DNA of 64,000 nt from Bacteroidaceae bacterium. GTDB lineage: Bacteria; Bacteroidota; Bacteroidia; Bacteroidales; Bacteroidaceae. The position numbers were made by a program, and so were the translations under genes. The notes beneath the pieces are model-generated. The model ran no database searches. It was not told the DNA's origin and worked only from the letters and a program-made list of their open reading frames with translations. Numbering within the stretch: the stretch's first letter is position 1; every line of letters starts with the position of its first letter. Shown here piece after piece: positions 60,842 through 64,000 of the stretch. The stretch lies in contig JAZSIU010000011.1 in assembly GCA_045533955.1 (NCBI GenBank), positions 20,555 through 84,554 on the forward strand. The letters run 5' to 3'.

Positions 60842-61332
60842 ATAAAAAAGCGGTTAAATTATTTTCCAATAATAAACCGCAAATTTAATTATTTTTTTTG
60901 ATATGATCACACTATTACATTGTAAATTTATTCTAAAACAATTTATTGCAGTAATACATTGATATAGTGCGATGCACATCCTGCTGCATTTTTCGGCATT
61001 TGCATCGCATAATAAATAATTCCCTTTATTTCGGGTGGCTCCGCACACCCCATTTAGGGAATTATTATTTATGCCCTGAATGTTTTTAGCTTAGAAATAG
61101 AGCGGATAATGCATAATTATTTTGCTTTTTAATTCTTGTATTGCCGAGATACAGCCTTTTTATGGCGAATTAAAAAGGGAATATTCTATATGCTCAGTGG
61201 TTAAAAAACATGGCCCCAACCGCATAAAATCAGCGATTGAGACCTTATTTTATTTCCGTTCCTATTTTTTTATCGGATGCCGATATGAAAATTAATCATG
61301 TTTACTTTTGGCTATTGTTATCCAAACCATCA

Positions 61333-61707
61333 TTAAAACATGTCGCCATCTACAATATCAACGTCATCAATTCCTAATTCTTGTTCTAGATATAAGTCAT
61401 CTAAATCAGATTGATATAGTTCACCCTCTTCGATAAGGAATTCTTCACCTTGCTCCAATTCTCCGTCGTGGTTCACATCATAAGCCACATAGTCAATCAC
61501 ACCATCACTATCCTCATCGACAAAAATCGCTTCGGTATAATCAATTTCTGCATCGGTATATGTCGACACTTTTCCACCCTCTTCAACGATGTAAGTTTCC
61601 GATACCTCAATGTGAGTACCATCCAATCTCAACGTTTCGGTACGATAAGACATTCCCGTATCCTCTTCCATTTCACTACTTTCCAAATAATCCTTTTCGT
61701 TATCCAT
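61333..61707 (-). CDS. highly acidic small protein with a DxDxDG-like calcium-binding motif
   Basis: 124 aa. Very rich in D/E. It has no signal peptide and contains DEDSDGVIDY and DVNHDGELE. Confidence 0.5.
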   Translation of the reverse strand: MDNEKDYLESSEMEEDTGMSYRTETLRLDGTHIEVSETYIVEEGGKVSTYTDAEIDYTEAIFVDEDSDGVIDYVAYDVNHDGELEQGEEFLIEEGELYQSDLDDLYLEQELGIDDVDIVDGDMF

Positions 61708-61961
61708 AATATCTATTTTTATTATTTTTTCATTTATTTGCTACAAAGTTATAATAGTTTCGCTCAATTAAAAAGCCTCATCTTACTTTTTTTTCAAATC
61801 TCACCGTTTTCATTGTAAATCACATCGTTTTTCTGACGAATTTTCTCTATTTGAGAAAAATGAACTTTTTTTATAGAAAAACTCACCTATAAAATTTGAT
61901 ATTATTTGAAAATATCACGAAATTTGCATCTTGAATACACATCTATCACAATAGATTAATA

Positions 61962-62300
61962 ATGAATAACGATTTAAACAAAAAATACTATAAAATTCGC
62001 GAAGTTGCTGAAATTCTAAACATTCCGGCTTCGACGCTTCGTTTTTGGGAAGGTCAATTCACCATCATTAAACCCAAAAGAAATGAACACGGCACACGCT
62101 TCTACACTCCGTCCGACATTGAGACCATAAGAATGGTTCATTATCTGGTTAAAGAGAAAGGGCTAAAACTCGATGCCGCCCAAGAACAAATTAGGCACAA
62201 TCACTCAAACGTATCTCAACGACACAAAACAATCCAACGTCTAAAAGAAATAAGAACTGAGTTAAAAGCTATGCTCGACGCTCTTCATTCTCTGCGATAA
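61962..62300 (+). CDS. MerR family transcriptional regulator
   Basis: 112 aa with the HTH YKIREVAEILNIPASTLRFWE. Confidence 0.85.
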   Translation: MNNDLNKKYYKIREVAEILNIPASTLRFWEGQFTIIKPKRNEHGTRFYTPSDIETIRMVHYLVKEKGLKLDAAQEQIRHNHSNVSQRHKTIQRLKEIRTELKAMLDALHSLR

Positions 62301-62316
62301 GATTTTTCACTTAACT

Positions 62317-63816
62317 ATGTTACGCAACATATTAACTATATTCACTATTGCGACTTGCTTATTTGCGACCAAGGCGCAAATAAACGTTGACTCATTATAT
62401 AATAAAGGCAAGTCTTCTTTTGAAGCCGGCGAATATGCTTTAGCCTACGATTACTTCTCTCAAGCAGCCGATTCGGGCTGCATTGAGGCTCAATGCTTCC
62501 TTGGCATATGCTATGATAATGGTTTGGGCACCAAGCCCGATAAAATCAAAGCTGTTGAATGGTATTCCAAAGCTGCACAAAGGGGAGATGCTGATGCTCA
62601 ATATAATCTTGGCATATGTAATTATAGAGGACAAGGCACAAAACAAGATTTAGATTCAGCGTTATTTTGGATAAAAAAAGCCGATGAACAAGGACATTTT
62701 GCTGCACAATTATTTATTGCCGGCGTAACCGACAACTCGGCTGTCTCATACGACCCCCAACCGTCGGCCGTTTATTGGTGCTCTAAAGTTGCTCAAACCG
62801 GAGATGCTGAGGCACAATACCATTTCGGCTTGTATCTTTTATCGGGAATTGGCATAGAACAAAACATGAAATCAGCTGCTGAATGGTTTTTAAAAGCAGC
62901 CGAACAAGGAATGGCAAAAGCTCAATTTGAATATGCAAAATGTCTCATCAACGGACATGGAGTGAAACAAGACTTCCCGAAGGCCGTATATTGGCTACGC
63001 AAATCGGCCGACAACAATTACGACAAAGCCCAACTATGCCTGGCCGAATGCTATGCAAACGGACAAGGCACTCTTCAAAATTACAAACAAGCCTTTAAGT
63101 GGTATAACAAAGCCGCGCAACAAGACTATCCCTTAGCTCAATTCAGCTTAGGGCTATGCTATCACTATGGATTGGGCGTAGATAGAGACTTTGAAACCGG
63201 CACTAAATGGATTTTAAAAGCCGCCGAAAATGGATATGTCAAAGCTCAATATGCTGCAGCAATTTGCAACATTGAGGGCATAGGAATAACTTGCAACCAC
63301 TCTAATGCTGTAAAATGGAGCAAAAAAGCGGCTCAGCAAGGTTATGCTCCCGCTCAATACCTTTTTGCCTCTCAATTAAGCATTAATTCTCTATCACCCC
63401 CCGACTACACCATCATAAATGAATGGCTCAACAAAGCGGCTCAACAAGAATATACCCCGGCAATATACCTCTTGGCTTGCAACATCTATAGCGGACTGGG
63501 AACAGAACAAGACTTCAAAAAAGCATATGAGCTATACTCCAAAGCTGCAAATCAAGGACACATTCCATCGCTTCACAATCTCGGAATTTGCTATGAATTA
63601 GGGCATGGTGTGGAGAAAGAGCCTATTAAAGCGTGTGAATTATATTTAAAAGCGGCCGAAAAAGGTTATGCTCCCGCTCAATACAACCTGGGCGTTTGCT
63701 ACTACAACGGCATCGGCACCGATAAAGACATTACTACCGCGGCAAAATGGTTTGAATTGGCAGCCTCTCAAGGTCATCAAAAAGCGATTGATGCATTAGA
63801 GATTATTAATCGATAA
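62317..63816 (+). CDS. secreted Sel1-repeat (TPR-like) protein
   Basis: 499 aa with a signal peptide and about 12 Sel1 repeats (GxGxxQDxxKAxxWYxKAAxQG). Confidence 0.85.
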   Translation: MLRNILTIFTIATCLFATKAQINVDSLYNKGKSSFEAGEYALAYDYFSQAADSGCIEAQCFLGICYDNGLGTKPDKIKAVEWYSKAAQRGDADAQYNLGICNYRGQGTKQDLDSALFWIKKADEQGHFAAQLFIAGVTDNSAVSYDPQPSAVYWCSKVAQTGDAEAQYHFGLYLLSGIGIEQNMKSAAEWFLKAAEQGMAKAQFEYAKCLINGHGVKQDFPKAVYWLRKSADNNYDKAQLCLAECYANGQGTLQNYKQAFKWYNKAAQQDYPLAQFSLGLCYHYGLGVDRDFETGTKWILKAAENGYVKAQYAAAICNIEGIGITCNHSNAVKWSKKAAQQGYAPAQYLFASQLSINSLSPPDYTIINEWLNKAAQQEYTPAIYLLACNIYSGLGTEQDFKKAYELYSKAANQGHIPSLHNLGICYELGHGVEKEPIKACELYLKAAEKGYAPAQYNLGVCYYNGIGTDKDITTAAKWFELAASQGHQKAIDALEIINR

Positions 63817-63830
63817 ATTACTTCATCAAT

Positions 63831-63872
63831 AAAACAACAATGGCAGCCATAATCGGTTGCCATTGTTGTTTT
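63831..63872. terminator. bidirectional hairpin terminator
   Basis: AAAACAACAATGGCA/TGCCATTGTTGTTTT stem between convergent genes. Confidence 0.7.
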
Positions 63873-63888
63873 ATATGTTTTACAAATT

Positions 63889-64000
63889 TTATTCTTTTAT
63901 ATTTGGTAGCTCCAAACCTAATCCTTTTGATTTGTCAACACGCTTAAGAATTAATCCTATTATCAACGCCGCCACCCCTAAAGATGCAAGCATAATGAGC
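63889..64000 (-). CDS. 3' end of a membrane protein gene that starts beyond the window
   Basis: The minus-strand frame is open to the window edge and reads ...LIMLASLGVAALIIGLILKRVDKSKGLGLELPNIKE-stop. It is not in the ORF track because no start lies inside the window. Confidence 0.4.
   Translation of the reverse strand, partial: LIMLASLGVAALIIGLILKRVDKSKGLGLELPNIKE

Noticed and set aside
60854-61048. 64-aa minus-strand ORF upstream of the S8 peptidase genes, and other short ORFs in the 60.85-61.33 kb spacer.
   Set aside because: No start context, an AT-rich low-complexity translation, and a likely promoter/leader region for the peptidase operon.

Overview
This is a 64-kb Bacteroidales-type chromosomal window. 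The assignment rests on TAnnTTTG -7 promoter boxes, T9SS C-terminal sorting domains, a SusB-like GH97 and many lipoproteins. I found no rRNA, tRNA or CRISPR. All protein-family calls come from motifs read by eye, with no database search.

Ordinary content:
- The GC-rich parts (1-24.3 kb and 34.5-40.9 kb) carry housekeeping genes. These are serA (5' truncated)-DUF1015-yigZ, ligA, dapA, a 2-hydroxyacid dehydrogenase, a TIGR02757 protein, maeB, an NrtR-like Nudix regulator, a PP2C phosphatase, a guaA-like gene, mscL, gap, and an ArsR-controlled thiol-redox/permease operon.
- The right part (41-64 kb) is visibly more AT-rich. It carries DUF3857/transglutaminase-like proteins, GH97, fmt, an RluA-family synthase, a GtrB-like GT2 plus a polytopic membrane protein, purM-like, cdsA, two tandem T9SS S8 peptidases, a MerR regulator and a Sel1-repeat protein.

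Regions that stand out:
1. 24.3-34.6 kb is an AT-rich island built by tandem accretion of small integrative elements at the 3' end of the guaA-like gene.
   - One intact 4.8-kb unit encodes a tyrosine integrase, a NUMOD3-like small protein, a Rep_trans-like initiator, a serine recombinase and one cargo ORF. It is bounded by a perfect 28-bp direct repeat.
   - Two decayed units repeat the same layout. Each has a different cargo gene in the same slot: a PD-(D/E)xK nuclease-like protein and a signal-less BspA-type LRR protein.
   - The island also holds a HipA-like kinase/DUF3037-like two-gene operon.
   - Three paralogous structured non-coding modules in the island show compensatory base changes.
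2. 3.8-11.2 kb is an intact four-gene phage-like operon: two small proteins, a 1497-aa giant protein and a portal-like protein. It has host-like composition, and no capsid, terminase or tail genes are in view.

Smaller observations: an 81-bp tandem repeat with an internal palindrome upstream of the NrtR-like gene, a decayed sigma-70 gene at the island edge, a C9 tract in a promoter-like region, and a compositional break near 41 kb.
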